Below are positions 19,687-29,708 of a DNA stretch of 64,000 bases, in pieces. The DNA is taken from assembly GCA_963827235.1 (NCBI GenBank), contig CAWHAE010000019.1, positions 1 through 64,000 of the forward strand. Reading direction: 5' to 3'. Position numbers and translations under genes: made by a program. Position 1 is the stretch's first letter, and each line of letters starts with the position of its first letter. Under the pieces are notes generated by a model that was not told where the DNA came from, did not search any database, and saw nothing but the letters and a program-made list of their open reading frames with translations. Source of the stretch: an uncultured bacterium. GTDB lineage: Bacteria > Chloroflexota > UBA5177 > JANWHV01.

Positions 19687-20904
19687 CTACTTGCGATACT
19701 CAAACGCCTTGAGCTGCCGTGCGTGCGGAAATGAGGCCAGCAGGATCTCAGAGCGCTTCCGGTGCATCTCGGCATGAGTGAAGCCTTTCCCGGACTCATA
19801 CGCACCAAGCGAGAGCGTCTTCCAGAGCACTGGATCTGCTGACAGCATCTTGAGCACCCGGGCAAGGTCGTCGACATCACCCGTGTTGAACCGGAGACCG
19901 CTGTACCCATCGCGCACCACGTCGAGTCCGGGTGCCGTGCTGGCGAGAATGGGTACGCCCTGTGAAAACCCGTCAAATACTATCCTCGGCTGCTCATCCG
20001 ACCTGCTCGGCACGACGAGCGCGTGGTACGAGCTCAATACGCGCAGGAATTGCTCGCCGTACTCTATCGGCTGGCAGAAGTGGATACTGGACTCGATTCC
20101 GCGGGCCAGCGACTCCAGTTGTTCGCGGAAGTACCCGTCTCCATAGACATCGGCCTGTACGTGGATCCCGTTCTCCACCAAGAGGCGACAGGCTCTGATG
20201 AACAGATCGGGGCCTTTCTCCGGAGTCAAGCGGCCGAAGAATGCAACATGAATACATCTGGCCAGCTTCTGGGCCTTATCCTCGAGCAATGGGTTGAGCT
20301 CCCAGAGCGGGAGGATCCACGCTTCGTCAACCCAAACTGCGGGAGTCACATGATTAGCATTGGATGGGTCCGCAAGCTCTTTCAAATAGGCGGGTTGTGT
20401 CGCCAGAGCGACATGGGCGTGCGAGCATGCGGACCTTGCTCCCCTCTCCGACAGCTTGGACAGACCCTTGTCGAGAATCCCGCCGTTCTGTCTCCGCCAG
20501 GGTGACGACTCGATCACCCCAATGATGCCCAGTCGTCCGCGCCGGCGGAAGTAGGGGACCATGCAGCCGTATAGCACCGGATGATCGGCCACGGTAAAGT
20601 GGAATATCTCGCTTCGACGGGCGAGGTGAAGCAGCTTTCCGACACATGCAGGGCCGTAAAGAAGTTTCATCTTTCGGCTCTCGGAATCAGGTATTGCCTT
20701 GAACACGATGCGGTCCACCAGCTCAGGCGGTAGCTCAGCGGAAAACGTCGGAGGAGCCGACTCGCGTATGGGGCACGCCAGAGTCACGCTCCGGACGTAG
20801 CAAAGATGAAGCGCTAGATCTTTCAGCCACGCAGCCTCAGTCCAGAGGCTGCCATTGTGCCGATAGATCGGGCAAGCCGTCACGAGCAGATAGGCGCCGG
20901 CCAT
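19687..20904 (-). CDS. glycosyltransferase family 4
   Basis: FFGRLTPEKG, PSRSDEQPRIVFDGFSQGVP; ATG 20904 preceded by GAGGG. Confidence 0.88.
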   Translation of the reverse strand: MAGAYLLVTACPIYRHNGSLWTEAAWLKDLALHLCYVRSVTLACPIRESAPPTFSAELPPELVDRIVFKAIPDSESRKMKLLYGPACVGKLLHLARRSEIFHFTVADHPVLYGCMVPYFRRRGRLGIIGVIESSPWRRQNGGILDKGLSKLSERGARSACSHAHVALATQPAYLKELADPSNANHVTPAVWVDEAWILPLWELNPLLEDKAQKLARCIHVAFFGRLTPEKGPDLFIRACRLLVENGIHVQADVYGDGYFREQLESLARGIESSIHFCQPIEYGEQFLRVLSSYHALVVPSRSDEQPRIVFDGFSQGVPILASTAPGLDVVRDGYSGLRFNTGDVDDLARVLKMLSADPVLWKTLSLGAYESGKGFTHAEMHRKRSEILLASFPHARQLKAFEYRK

Positions 20905-21520
20905 CCCTCGAACAGTCGACCGCGCTGCGTTGCCAATCGGAGCGGTGGAACGAAGCTTCATCGACAAGCACCTCCGCCCGCGACTACGGAATACTGTCCT
21001 GGCCTCGAGATGACACTCGGTACCATCGCTACCACCAGCCAACGTGAGCGCAGTGGCGTGGAAGCTGCCGCGGTGAGCTCCACCCGGAGCGCGAACCGGC
21101 TACCGTGCGAGACTGGACGAGGCCCCGCCATGTGTCAGTATAGTGCTGGGTGGTAAGGTACTGACTCCGCGGCAGAATATGAAGCAATCCCCGTCGAACC
21201 GATCAAGCACAAGAGGGCCCGGCCAGGTCGGCGGGACCGCAGCCGGCAAAGGCTGCAGATGGCGGACCGATGTGCGGCCATCCAGGCGGAGCCCAGATGA
21301 TCGATGGCACGCGGCCTTCTCTCGCTCGAGTGTGCAGCGCTTGTCGCACCCAGTCCAGTGCTGGTACGATGCGTACCGCGAACCGGCACGGCGCACTTCC
21401 AAATCCAGATCTCTCGTGGCTCGAGATGCAGGGCGCGTCTGCGTCGCCGCGGCTCCAGGAGATGGATAGGAACCTGTTTTCATGCTGCAGGGGCAGTAGG
21501 CAAGTAGTGCGAGGTATCAC

Positions 21521-22336
21521 TTGAAGACAAGGGATCTCAAGAGCCTTCTTGCGGCGACAGCGGTAGTCTGCAGGAACGTTGCGATAGGGTCCAATCTTGC
21601 TGCGCTGCCGCTAATTAGGCAGCCGCGAACCCTGGCCGCATATGCATCCGAAAATCTGTTCCAGTTGCGCATTGCCCGGCGCTCCAGAGGGATACCACAG
21701 CGGGACATATTCCAGGTCCTTCCGGGCGACGATACGCTGGACATTACCCTGGGTGATCTGCCTGAACCGGCCGATTTCTGGGGATCGCCGGCATCGTATA
21801 TCGCCGATCTGGTCGGCCTTTGCATGATATGCCGGCTGAGAAGGCCGGCGGTTGTCTTCGAGATTGGTACGTTGTACGGATTCTGTGCGTACCACTTCGC
21901 GCTCAATACTCCCGTTGACTCGAAGATTTATACGCTCGACCTGCCGAGCACCCGAGAAGTCACACCCAAGTTGCAGGTCACGGCGATGGATCAAATGCAC
22001 ATAGATCTTCACGAGCACAGATCGTCCATGAGCTTCGACGGATCGCCGGTAGCAAGCAAGATTGAATGCTTGTACGGCGACAGTGCAACGTTCGACTTCA
22101 GCCGCTACGCCGCCCAGGTCGACTTCTTCTTCGTGGACGGGTCGCATTCATACGAGTACGTCAGATCGGACACGCTCAATGCCTTGCAGTGCTGCAAGCG
22201 GGGCAGTGTCATCGCCTGGCATGACTTTGGCCGCGTAGGCTTGAACGGCGTCTCCAGGTGGATCCTGGAGTTGGCCAGGAAGCACACGGTGTACTCTATC
22301 CCGAACGGTTCGCTGGCGTACATGGTAGTAGAGTAG
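21521..22336 (+). CDS. class I SAM-dependent methyltransferase (Methyltransf_24-like)
   Basis: FEIGT..G, YTLDL, GDS, FFFVDGSHSYEYV..D, IAWHD. Confidence 0.88.
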   Translation: MKTRDLKSLLAATAVVCRNVAIGSNLAALPLIRQPRTLAAYASENLFQLRIARRSRGIPQRDIFQVLPGDDTLDITLGDLPEPADFWGSPASYIADLVGLCMICRLRRPAVVFEIGTLYGFCAYHFALNTPVDSKIYTLDLPSTREVTPKLQVTAMDQMHIDLHEHRSSMSFDGSPVASKIECLYGDSATFDFSRYAAQVDFFFVDGSHSYEYVRSDTLNALQCCKRGSVIAWHDFGRVGLNGVSRWILELARKHTVYSIPNGSLAYMVVE

Positions 22337-22526
22337 TCACTGTCTGTTTCATCCGTGGCGTCATGGTGCAGCACCGGCGCCGGTGCCGCCTGGTGTATTC
22401 GGGAATCGGGCCGCGGACATGATGCCCCGTGCTCTCGCACGGGGAGCCTCATTTTCTCGCCAGGTCGCGGGTTTTATCCCGCTTTCGCCCAAGCGGAAAC
22501 CTGTGCCACGGAAACCGGATGAACCA

Positions 22527-24107
22527 CTAGTGTCGCCGCATGAATCCGGGTTGAATTCGGCCCGCCGCGCGGCCAGAGTCGGCGCCGGAGAGCAATTGGC
22601 CTCCGAACGCTGACTTGTGCCGCGCTCGACGGCCAGTCCCGGACCGACCGTCAGTTGCGGTGTCCGGCGTTAGGCGCAGGATGGCTTCCGACAAACCGAG
22701 CAAGGTCGCCAGTGTCATTTCGCCGGAGATATCGTAGAAGCGGTTCGACGTGATCGACTGGACCAGGATAGCTACTATGCCGGCGCCGAGGGCCAAGAGC
22801 AGGGGCCTGCTAGCCTCAGATGTCGTGCCACGTGCCCCCCGCAATGCCCTAAAGGCGCCGAGCACCACGGCGAGAAGCAGGGGCACCGTGCCCAGCACGC
22901 CGACGTAGGCAAGAAGCCAGATGTAGCCATCGTGAAGGAAGTAGTCCGGAACCACCCTGGAGATATCCGCTGTCGGGTCGTACACCAGGGGCAGGCTAAG
23001 CGGCGTAGCGCCAACACCGAAAAACGGGGACTGTGTGAACGAGTGCCATGCTGCCTCGGTTTCTGTCACGCGGGACGCTACTGTCGTCACGGTGCCGGTG
23101 ACTGGCGAAATGAGTCGTCGCCAGAGCACGTCAAGCAGACTGCCATTGCCGACTCCGGTGACGCCGGAGATGCACACGACACCTATGCCAAATGTGGCGA
23201 CGACGGAGCCAAGCAGCCGCAGATAACCGGCTCGTTCGCTTCTCCGGCCGAACACGCACATGATGGCGAAGGCTACAAATGTGCCGTACCACACCGCGCG
23301 CACAAAGGACAGGGCTGCCATGGCAAACGCCAACGCGACTGCCAGAAAGAGCATCCTCCGGCGCGCGCGTGACACATCCTGAACCACCAGGATGGACGCG
23401 ACAAGCAGCGCTGCGGAATAGTATATTCCTCCGGCGTAATTGCGAATCTGCCCTTCGGCCTCCTCGAAACTGTTCACAAGAATCTTGGCGTCCGGAAAGA
23501 GCGTGACTCGCGTTCCCAGAAGGAATTGCAGCACGTACATGGTAGCGATGATGCTCGCAATAACCATGAAACTATTGACGACCCGGCGAACTTGCCCCAT
23601 ATCCCTCAGTCCTAGGGCCAGTATGGGTACTACCAGGAATAGCGCTTCGCCTCGGAATGCATTGCCGGCCTCGTGCAGGGACGCGCCCCCATCAAGCGCT
23701 CCAAGCGTGATAGAGGTGAGCAGTGCCGCCAGGAAAAGCAGGATGGGTAGAGTGATGGGACTGGCCGTGAGCGGGTTCCTGTACCGAGGCCAGTCGACGA
23801 CGAGCATCCGGACGATGAGCAGCACCAGGACTGCTTCCATTGGGTACAGTCCGGTCCCCCCTACCCGCACGACTTCCGGAAAGTACGTGTATGGGGCGAC
23901 GTCGCTGGCCAGGATCAGCAACGCGGCAAAGAGCCACTCGAACGGTACTCGGAAGATCAGCACCGGCGAGAGCAGTACTACCATCACCATGACGGCGTAC
24001 GACGCGTGTTCTGCGGATAGAAGACCAACGAGTGCCTGCAGGCCCGCGGAGACAAGCAACACCCATCTGTTCCGCCAGAGCCCGTTGAGGAGAGACTGAA
24101 CGCTCAT
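22527..24107 (-). CDS. O-antigen ligase / Wzy polymerase family membrane protein
   Basis: Polytopic; SFVRAVW, R......W..F..SPFFGVG, HDGYIWLLAYVGVLG; start uncertain. Confidence 0.85.
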   Translation of the reverse strand: MSVQSLLNGLWRNRWVLLVSAGLQALVGLLSAEHASYAVMVMVVLLSPVLIFRVPFEWLFAALLILASDVAPYTYFPEVVRVGGTGLYPMEAVLVLLIVRMLVVDWPRYRNPLTASPITLPILLFLAALLTSITLGALDGGASLHEAGNAFRGEALFLVVPILALGLRDMGQVRRVVNSFMVIASIIATMYVLQFLLGTRVTLFPDAKILVNSFEEAEGQIRNYAGGIYYSAALLVASILVVQDVSRARRRMLFLAVALAFAMAALSFVRAVWYGTFVAFAIMCVFGRRSERAGYLRLLGSVVATFGIGVVCISGVTGVGNGSLLDVLWRRLISPVTGTVTTVASRVTETEAAWHSFTQSPFFGVGATPLSLPLVYDPTADISRVVPDYFLHDGYIWLLAYVGVLGTVPLLLAVVLGAFRALRGARGTTSEASRPLLLALGAGIVAILVQSITSNRFYDISGEMTLATLLGLSEAILRLTPDTATDGRSGTGRRARHKSAFGGQLLSGADSGRAAGRIQPGFMRRH

Positions 24108-24594
24108 CTCGCGCTGCAGCGGTGTCGCCGAGGCGCCCTGCGGCACGTCCACTTTGCCGTCGACCGGCGATCGGGAGCGAGCAGCGTTGTCGGTAGTCGC
24201 GGAAGCGCACCGAGTGCTTGTACTTTGTAGCCCGCTCGGCCGCCGCCTGAAAGGCAAGGCAGTCGCCGCTCCTGATTGCGTTCGAGCACCGGCTCAGCAA
24301 CGGGTTGTGGCACTAGACGATCCCCCGACGCGCATGGTCCACGCAAACGCTACCCGCGGCTGCGCAGCGTGCTGACCGCTCGGTACCTGACCGCGTGTCC
24401 GAATACCGCGGTCCGAGCCAGGTCGGCCCACCGGCAGATGCCACACCGACCACTGCGATCATCGTGACGCTCGTTCCTTCGACGGGGCCACTCCGCGGCA
24501 CGCGAGGCTACTGCCGTCTGCCCGGCTACCACATGCATTTCGGTAGTCAATCGTGGCAGTGCACGCTATCGCCACGCAACCCCCCATTTGGGTG

Positions 24595-24623
24595 TGGCTC
24601 CAGCCTTCCCGAAACAGTATAGT
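24595..24623 (+). promoter_or_regulatory. promoter for wzc
   Basis: TATAGT at 24618-24623; weak -35 abutted by palindrome CCCCC-ATTT-GGGTG (24581-24594). Confidence 0.45.
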
Positions 24624-24801
24624 ATGAAGCGGATCGTAGCGCATCGGCGCGGGGCATAGGTGCGCCCCAAACCCTCGGTGAGGACCCGAGTCGCACCGCG
24701 AGCCCAACGTGGTCGCCGGTACGCGGACCTGTAACTGCAGAGCTGGTACATCCGCGGTGGGGTGGCCACGCGTCAATGCTTTGAGAGAGAGGCTTGGCTA
24801 C

Positions 24802-26499
24802 GTGAGCGAAAGAGATCTCGAGCTCCCCAATCTGATGCCACTGGTGCGGAAGTGGGCATGGCTTGTCGTCCTGGGCGCGGTGATTGCCTTGGGAGCGGGC
24901 TATGCAGTGACCAAGCGCACTGCTCCCGTCTATGAGTCCTCGTCGCAGATCTTTGTCAACACTGCATCGTCCGCCAGCCTGAGCAGCCTTGACATTTCGA
25001 CAGGCTCGGCCGTGATGCTGGCTTCCGCGGTAGCAGACATGATCAACAGCCATCGCCTTGCGGATGAGGTGGTGCAATCGCTCCACGTTGGCCTGTCGGC
25101 AGATCAGCTGTTGGACGAGATGCGGGCAAGCGCCGCGAACGACACGCCAATCGTGACGATTGATGTACGCGATGGCAATCCGCGACTCGCCGCCCGGATA
25201 GCCAACGTCGCGGCATCGACTATTATCGCGCTGTATCAGACGGACCAGAGCTCGCGATATGCCGGTTTGAAGACAGCCCTCCAACGCCAGATCAATGATG
25301 CCAACAATCAGCTCTCCTCTGCCACGAAGCGTCTGGCGGCTACTGAGACGGCTACGCCGGCGAACCCGGCACTGGTGGCCAGTCTGACGAGTGAGATCGG
25401 GTCGCTGCAGACCGGCCTGAGCGGTTTGAACAGCCAACTGAACACCATCTTGCTTAGCCAGGCGCAGTCCGATACGGCTATAACGGTTATCGACCTTGCT
25501 CAGGTGCCTAGCGCTGCCGTCAGTCCTAGCATGCCCAAGAACCTTCTCCTTGCCCTGGTCTTCAGCCTCATCGCCACCGGAGCAATAGTGACGGCCGCGG
25601 AGTACCTCGATGACTCGATTCGTACACCTGAGTGGATCGAGAAACATCTGGAACTGCCGGTGCTGACAGTCGTTGGGAAGTTCAACATCAAGAAATACAC
25701 CACGCTGGTTGCCGACAGACCGTGGGACACCAACGCCGAGGCCTTCAAGACCTTGCGCACGAACATCCAGTTCATGAACGTCGATCAGCCTCCGAGGACC
25801 ATCCTGATCTGTAGCGGCGGTCCTGGGGAAGGCAAGAGCACCATTGCGATGAATTTGGCCGCCACGGTGGCGCAGGCAGGCAAGCGGGTCATCCTTGTCG
25901 ACTGCGATCTGCGGCGTCCGACCGTGCACAAGTATCTTGGCCTGGATCCTCGTCCCGGACTGACGGAATACCTGAGCGATCCCGCGATCGGGCTTCAAGT
26001 GGCTCGCGACAGTTCCATACCGAACTTCTTTGTCGTTACGAGCGGCTCGATCCCCCCCAATCCTTCCGAGCTGCTCGGATCGTTGCGCATGGGCGAGTTT
26101 CTGCTCTTCTTGAAGGAACATGCTGACCTGGTGATTCTGGATTCATCACCCGTCCTGGCAGTGACGGATCCTTCCGTGCTTGCGCCGCACGTGGACGGAA
26201 TACTGTTCGTGGTCGATGAAGAGAAATCCAAGATGCGGGCCACTCTGCGCGCTCTGCAGCGGTTCGAAATGGTGGGTGGGAACGTGCTCGGCGTGGTGTT
26301 CAACAAGTTCAACGCGCGAAGCGGGAATTACGGCTACTACTCTAGCGACTACTACCGGAGTGATCAGAGCGATACGAACAATCGTTCTCGTGACGGCAAG
26401 CGGAACGGTCGTCGCGAGCGGAGCGAGCGCACGGGGGCGGCAGCCGAGTCTGTTGATCCCGGATCGCCGGCTGGATCTTCTCCCGGTCGGAACCGCTAA
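24802..26499 (+). CDS. wzc: polysaccharide co-polymerase / tyrosine autokinase (Wzc/CpsCD fusion)
   Basis: N-terminal Wzz-like TM and coiled coil; EAFKTLRTNI, GEGKS Walker A, DCDLRRP, ILDSSP, C-terminal Tyr cluster NYGYYSSDYY; GTG start with GAGG. Confidence 0.93.
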   Translation: MSERDLELPNLMPLVRKWAWLVVLGAVIALGAGYAVTKRTAPVYESSSQIFVNTASSASLSSLDISTGSAVMLASAVADMINSHRLADEVVQSLHVGLSADQLLDEMRASAANDTPIVTIDVRDGNPRLAARIANVAASTIIALYQTDQSSRYAGLKTALQRQINDANNQLSSATKRLAATETATPANPALVASLTSEIGSLQTGLSGLNSQLNTILLSQAQSDTAITVIDLAQVPSAAVSPSMPKNLLLALVFSLIATGAIVTAAEYLDDSIRTPEWIEKHLELPVLTVVGKFNIKKYTTLVADRPWDTNAEAFKTLRTNIQFMNVDQPPRTILICSGGPGEGKSTIAMNLAATVAQAGKRVILVDCDLRRPTVHKYLGLDPRPGLTEYLSDPAIGLQVARDSSIPNFFVVTSGSIPPNPSELLGSLRMGEFLLFLKEHADLVILDSSPVLAVTDPSVLAPHVDGILFVVDEEKSKMRATLRALQRFEMVGGNVLGVVFNKFNARSGNYGYYSSDYYRSDQSDTNNRSRDGKRNGRRERSERTGAAAESVDPGSPAGSSPGRNR

Positions 26500-26672
26500 C
26501 CGGTCACCTATCCATTTCCTGTCCCGTGGCGTGCGGGCGGTCGCTGCCGGGTGTCGGCGCCTGTGCTCGCATGCACGCCTCTACAAGCACAGTGATACTC
26601 CTCCAGCCATGTTGCTGCGCGCCCGCACCCGTGCACACATGCCTCTCCTGTAGGGCCCCGGGACGCGGCCAG

Positions 26673-26720
26673 CGATCCAAAAGTCGATCCAAAAGTCGAT
26701 CCGGATGCCGGTCCGGATGT
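26673..26720. repeat. short 12-bp tandem repeat
   Basis: CGATCCAAAAGT x2, then CGATCCGGATGC and CGGTCCGGATGT. Confidence 0.7.
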
Positions 26721-27067
26721 ACGGAAGGTCGTATCCGTTTGGATCTTTGCAGCCACATCGGTTCTGCCTAGACTACCCACCTGTAGGTCTTGCTGGCGCA
26801 TGAGCTGGTGAGTAGCGCGGTGAGTGCAATGGTGCATTGTTCCGCGAGCTAGATCACCAACTGCTCCGTGCCAAGCCCGTCGGCGCCCGAAGGTGCTAGC
26901 CCACGCGGGTGACCGAGACGGGGCATCCACATATGGCTATATCGCCACGTGCGATGTGGCATTACACTCGTCCCATGTATTCATGGAGCGGCACTGGTAT
27001 GTGTTGCAGTGTCTACGGAACTACCGGGCTAGGAAGCACAGGTAATTGCTCGTAGAGGCTGGGCTCC

Positions 27068-27151
27068 TTCCATGAAAAGGGCAAACCCGTCGCAAGGCGG
27101 GGACGCAAAGCCATGGGACTTGTGTTCCAAGTTCGCCAGGCTGCCAGGGAG
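27068..27151 (+). ncRNA. cyclic di-GMP-I (GEMM) riboswitch
   Basis: AAAAGGGCAAACCCGTC-GCAA-GGCGGGGACGCAAAGCC...GGCTGCC matches the c-di-GMP-I consensus; GNRA loop; G at the Vc2 position-20 equivalent (c-di-GMP rather than cGAMP type). Confidence 0.9.
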
Positions 27152-27160
27152 AGCAAGCAA

Positions 27161-29680
27161 ATGCGAAGGATAGTTGTTCTATCGGCACTTCTGGCGCTAT
27201 TAGCCAGCAACTTTGCGCCGTGCTGCGCCAACCTCACTCACGCTCAGCCTTCACAGTCTTCATCTCATGCCATGAGCCGCAGTGCCGGCCAGTCGCTGCT
27301 GATAAACGGTAGCTTTGACGCTACGGGTGCGGCTTGGCAAGCACCCTGGAACCTCCAGGTTGTCTCTACTGCGCGGGCGAGCATGGCTCAGGACACCTCG
27401 ACCGCGGCGGACGGAACTGCGTCGGCGGCCGTGACCGTGAGCCGGGCGACTCCGTGGCAGACCTGGTACGTGGCCCTGATACAGACCAACCTGGCGCTCG
27501 TGGCAGGCAACGCGTACAGCCTCACATTCTGGGCCAAGGCCAGCCTTGCCACTACTATCTCCGCGGGCGTTCAGCAGGATTCCCAAGCGTACCTGTGGCG
27601 CGCCTACCAGTCCTTTGGTCTGTCAACCAGCTGGCAGCAGTACAGCCTGAGCTTCACGGCACCGGCCACCGAGTCACCCGTCAAGGTGCAGTTTAACCTC
27701 GGCCAGTCCGCAGGTACCGTGTGGCTTGATGGCGTGAGCCTGACGGATCCTGTGGCCGCGCCGACGTCCACGTCCGTTGTTCTGCTCGTACAGCCCACGA
27801 GCACGGTAGTACCACCCACGGCCCCGGCGACGAATACCTCTGTGCCGCCGACCGCTACCGCTGTGCCGCCGACGGCAACGAGTACCGCGGTACCGCCAAC
27901 TGCCACGGCCACCAAGACGAGCGTGCCGCCCACCGCGTCGGCCGCCAAGACGAGCGTGCCACCTACCGCGACGGCCGCGAAGACGAGCGTAGCGTCTACG
28001 GCCACGGCTGCCAAGACGAGCGTGGCATCCACCGCGACGGCCGCGAAGACGAGCGTGGCATCCACCGCGACGGCCACGAAGACGAGCGTGGCATCCACCG
28101 CGACCGCCGTATCGACTGTCGTGGCCGGTGGTGTCCAGGCCTATCCTCGTATCGCCAACCTGTTCGCCTATTCCTCCAGCGGGCAAGCGCCCGCCTTCTC
28201 GCGCTACGGACTGATCGTCGCAGGGCCATCCACTGCCTCCAGCGGCGCCTTGCAAAGCTTGAAGGTGCAGAGCCCGGCGACCAAGGCCCTCGTCTACTAC
28301 GAGAGCACCAGCGTCGACGTTCCCGGCTTCGACGGCTTGACCATCTATCCGGGCTGGTGGCTCACACTCGCCGGTACTACGCTTACCGCACCGCTGGACA
28401 CCTCCAGCACCTCCGTCTCCGTGGCCAACGGCAGCATCATCGCCAACTACCTCTCTACCAACCCCGACATCCTGGTCGACGGCGAGAGCATGCACGTCAC
28501 TGCCGTCAACGGCAACACGCTCACCGTCCAGCGCGGCTACAACTCCACCGCCACATCTCATGCCACCGGAGCTCGTCTCGCCGCCCACGCCACCGCCTGG
28601 CCCGGCTCCTGGATGCTCAACGTCACGCCCTACTGTCCCACCGACTCCGCAGGGAATACCTGGGAGTCCTACCTCGCCACCACCGCCGCGGCTCAGCTCT
28701 CCTCCGGGCCGTGGGACGGCATCTTCTTCGACAGCGTCGGCTCGAGCGGCTGGGCCTTCCTCGACGACGGCCAGCTGGACGCCAACAACGATAACGTCGC
28801 CGATGGTGGTGAAGGGCCCTCCGGCACCGGCTGGGCCACGGGCGAGACTTCCCTCTTCAGCAACACTCGCGCCCGCATCGGCAGCGCCATACTTGTCGGC
28901 AACGGCGACAACTACCCCGGCGCGAGCAGCGGCGAGGAGCTTGAGGCCTTCCCCGGCCGCCAGGGGGGTGCCGTGGCCGGCCTTGCCCTCTACCAGAGTC
29001 TTGCCGGACCATCCAGCTCAGAGCCCTACACCATTGCCAATCCGGATACCGGCAATACCGGCACCCAGGACCTGCAGACGATGCGCTTCAACCTCGGCAT
29101 CGCTCTCATGGGCAACGGCTACTACGCCTACGACTATGGCGACCAGATGCACGGCCAGACCTGGTGGTACGACGAGTATGACGACGGTGCCGGCAGCAGC
29201 CTACCTGCCGCCATCAGTGCCTCCCCGTCCACCCTGACCGTCGCCGCCGGCACCGGCAGCAAGTTCGCTGTCGGCAACGTCGTCCAGGTTCCCGACGGCA
29301 CTACCGGCTGGGACGATGAGCAGATGCTCGTCACCGCCGTCAGCGGCGATACCCTCACCGTGCAGCGCGGCTACAACGGTACCACCGCCGCCACCCATCT
29401 CGCCCTGAGCAAGGTCATGACCCAAGCGCAGATCAGCGCTGGTCAGGGCTGGCTCGGTCAGCCCCTCGGCGCCGCTACCACCCTGGCCACCAACTTCCTT
29501 CGCCGCGACTTCACCAACGGCACCGTTCTCCTCAATGCCACCAGCAGTGCCCAATCAGTCAGCCTCGGTGCCAGCTTCCATCGCATCGCCGGTACACAGG
29601 ACTCCTCCACCAACAGCGGCGCTGCCGTGACCTCGGTCACAGTGCCCGCCCAGGATGCCCTGGTTCTGGTCCGTGGGTAG
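27161..29680 (+). CDS. secreted modular protein: CBM4/9-like domain, Pro/Thr linker, putative glycoside hydrolase (GHL15-like TIM barrel)
   Basis: Signal peptide; LINGSFD..W..GNAYSLTFWAKA..WQQYS..VWLDGVSL (CBM4/9-like); WDGIFFD, MRFNLGIALMGNGY, WYDEYD, RRDFTNGTVLLN; ATG 27161 with SD GGGAG. Confidence 0.8.
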   Translation: MRRIVVLSALLALLASNFAPCCANLTHAQPSQSSSHAMSRSAGQSLLINGSFDATGAAWQAPWNLQVVSTARASMAQDTSTAADGTASAAVTVSRATPWQTWYVALIQTNLALVAGNAYSLTFWAKASLATTISAGVQQDSQAYLWRAYQSFGLSTSWQQYSLSFTAPATESPVKVQFNLGQSAGTVWLDGVSLTDPVAAPTSTSVVLLVQPTSTVVPPTAPATNTSVPPTATAVPPTATSTAVPPTATATKTSVPPTASAAKTSVPPTATAAKTSVASTATAAKTSVASTATAAKTSVASTATATKTSVASTATAVSTVVAGGVQAYPRIANLFAYSSSGQAPAFSRYGLIVAGPSTASSGALQSLKVQSPATKALVYYESTSVDVPGFDGLTIYPGWWLTLAGTTLTAPLDTSSTSVSVANGSIIANYLSTNPDILVDGESMHVTAVNGNTLTVQRGYNSTATSHATGARLAAHATAWPGSWMLNVTPYCPTDSAGNTWESYLATTAAAQLSSGPWDGIFFDSVGSSGWAFLDDGQLDANNDNVADGGEGPSGTGWATGETSLFSNTRARIGSAILVGNGDNYPGASSGEELEAFPGRQGGAVAGLALYQSLAGPSSSEPYTIANPDTGNTGTQDLQTMRFNLGIALMGNGYYAYDYGDQMHGQTWWYDEYDDGAGSSLPAAISASPSTLTVAAGTGSKFAVGNVVQVPDGTTGWDDEQMLVTAVSGDTLTVQRGYNGTTAATHLALSKVMTQAQISAGQGWLGQPLGAATTLATNFLRRDFTNGTVLLNATSSAQSVSLGASFHRIAGTQDSSTNSGAAVTSVTVPAQDALVLVRG
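27914..28111 (+). repeat. six tandem 33-bp coding repeats (KTSV[PP/AS]TATA[A/T])
   Basis: AAGACGAGCGT recurs every 33 nt from 27914 to 28079. Confidence 0.9.
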
Positions 29681-29708
29681 CGTATAGGCCGCGCGAGCAG
29701 CCCAGAGC

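Noticed and set aside
24547-26121. 524-aa antisense ORF, and similar long shadow ORFs (7224-8363, 52821-53972, 55091-56506)
   Set aside because: They lie opposite well-supported genes, as expected from GC-rich codon bias, and show no motifs
27113-27160. ORF-track start of the secreted hydrolase at 27113
   Set aside because: This ATG lies inside the riboswitch aptamer; ATG 27161 has the SD and gives a clean signal peptide
27914-28111. 33-bp repeats as a CRISPR array
   Set aside because: Head-to-tail with no spacers, in frame, and encoding a Thr/Ala/Pro linker
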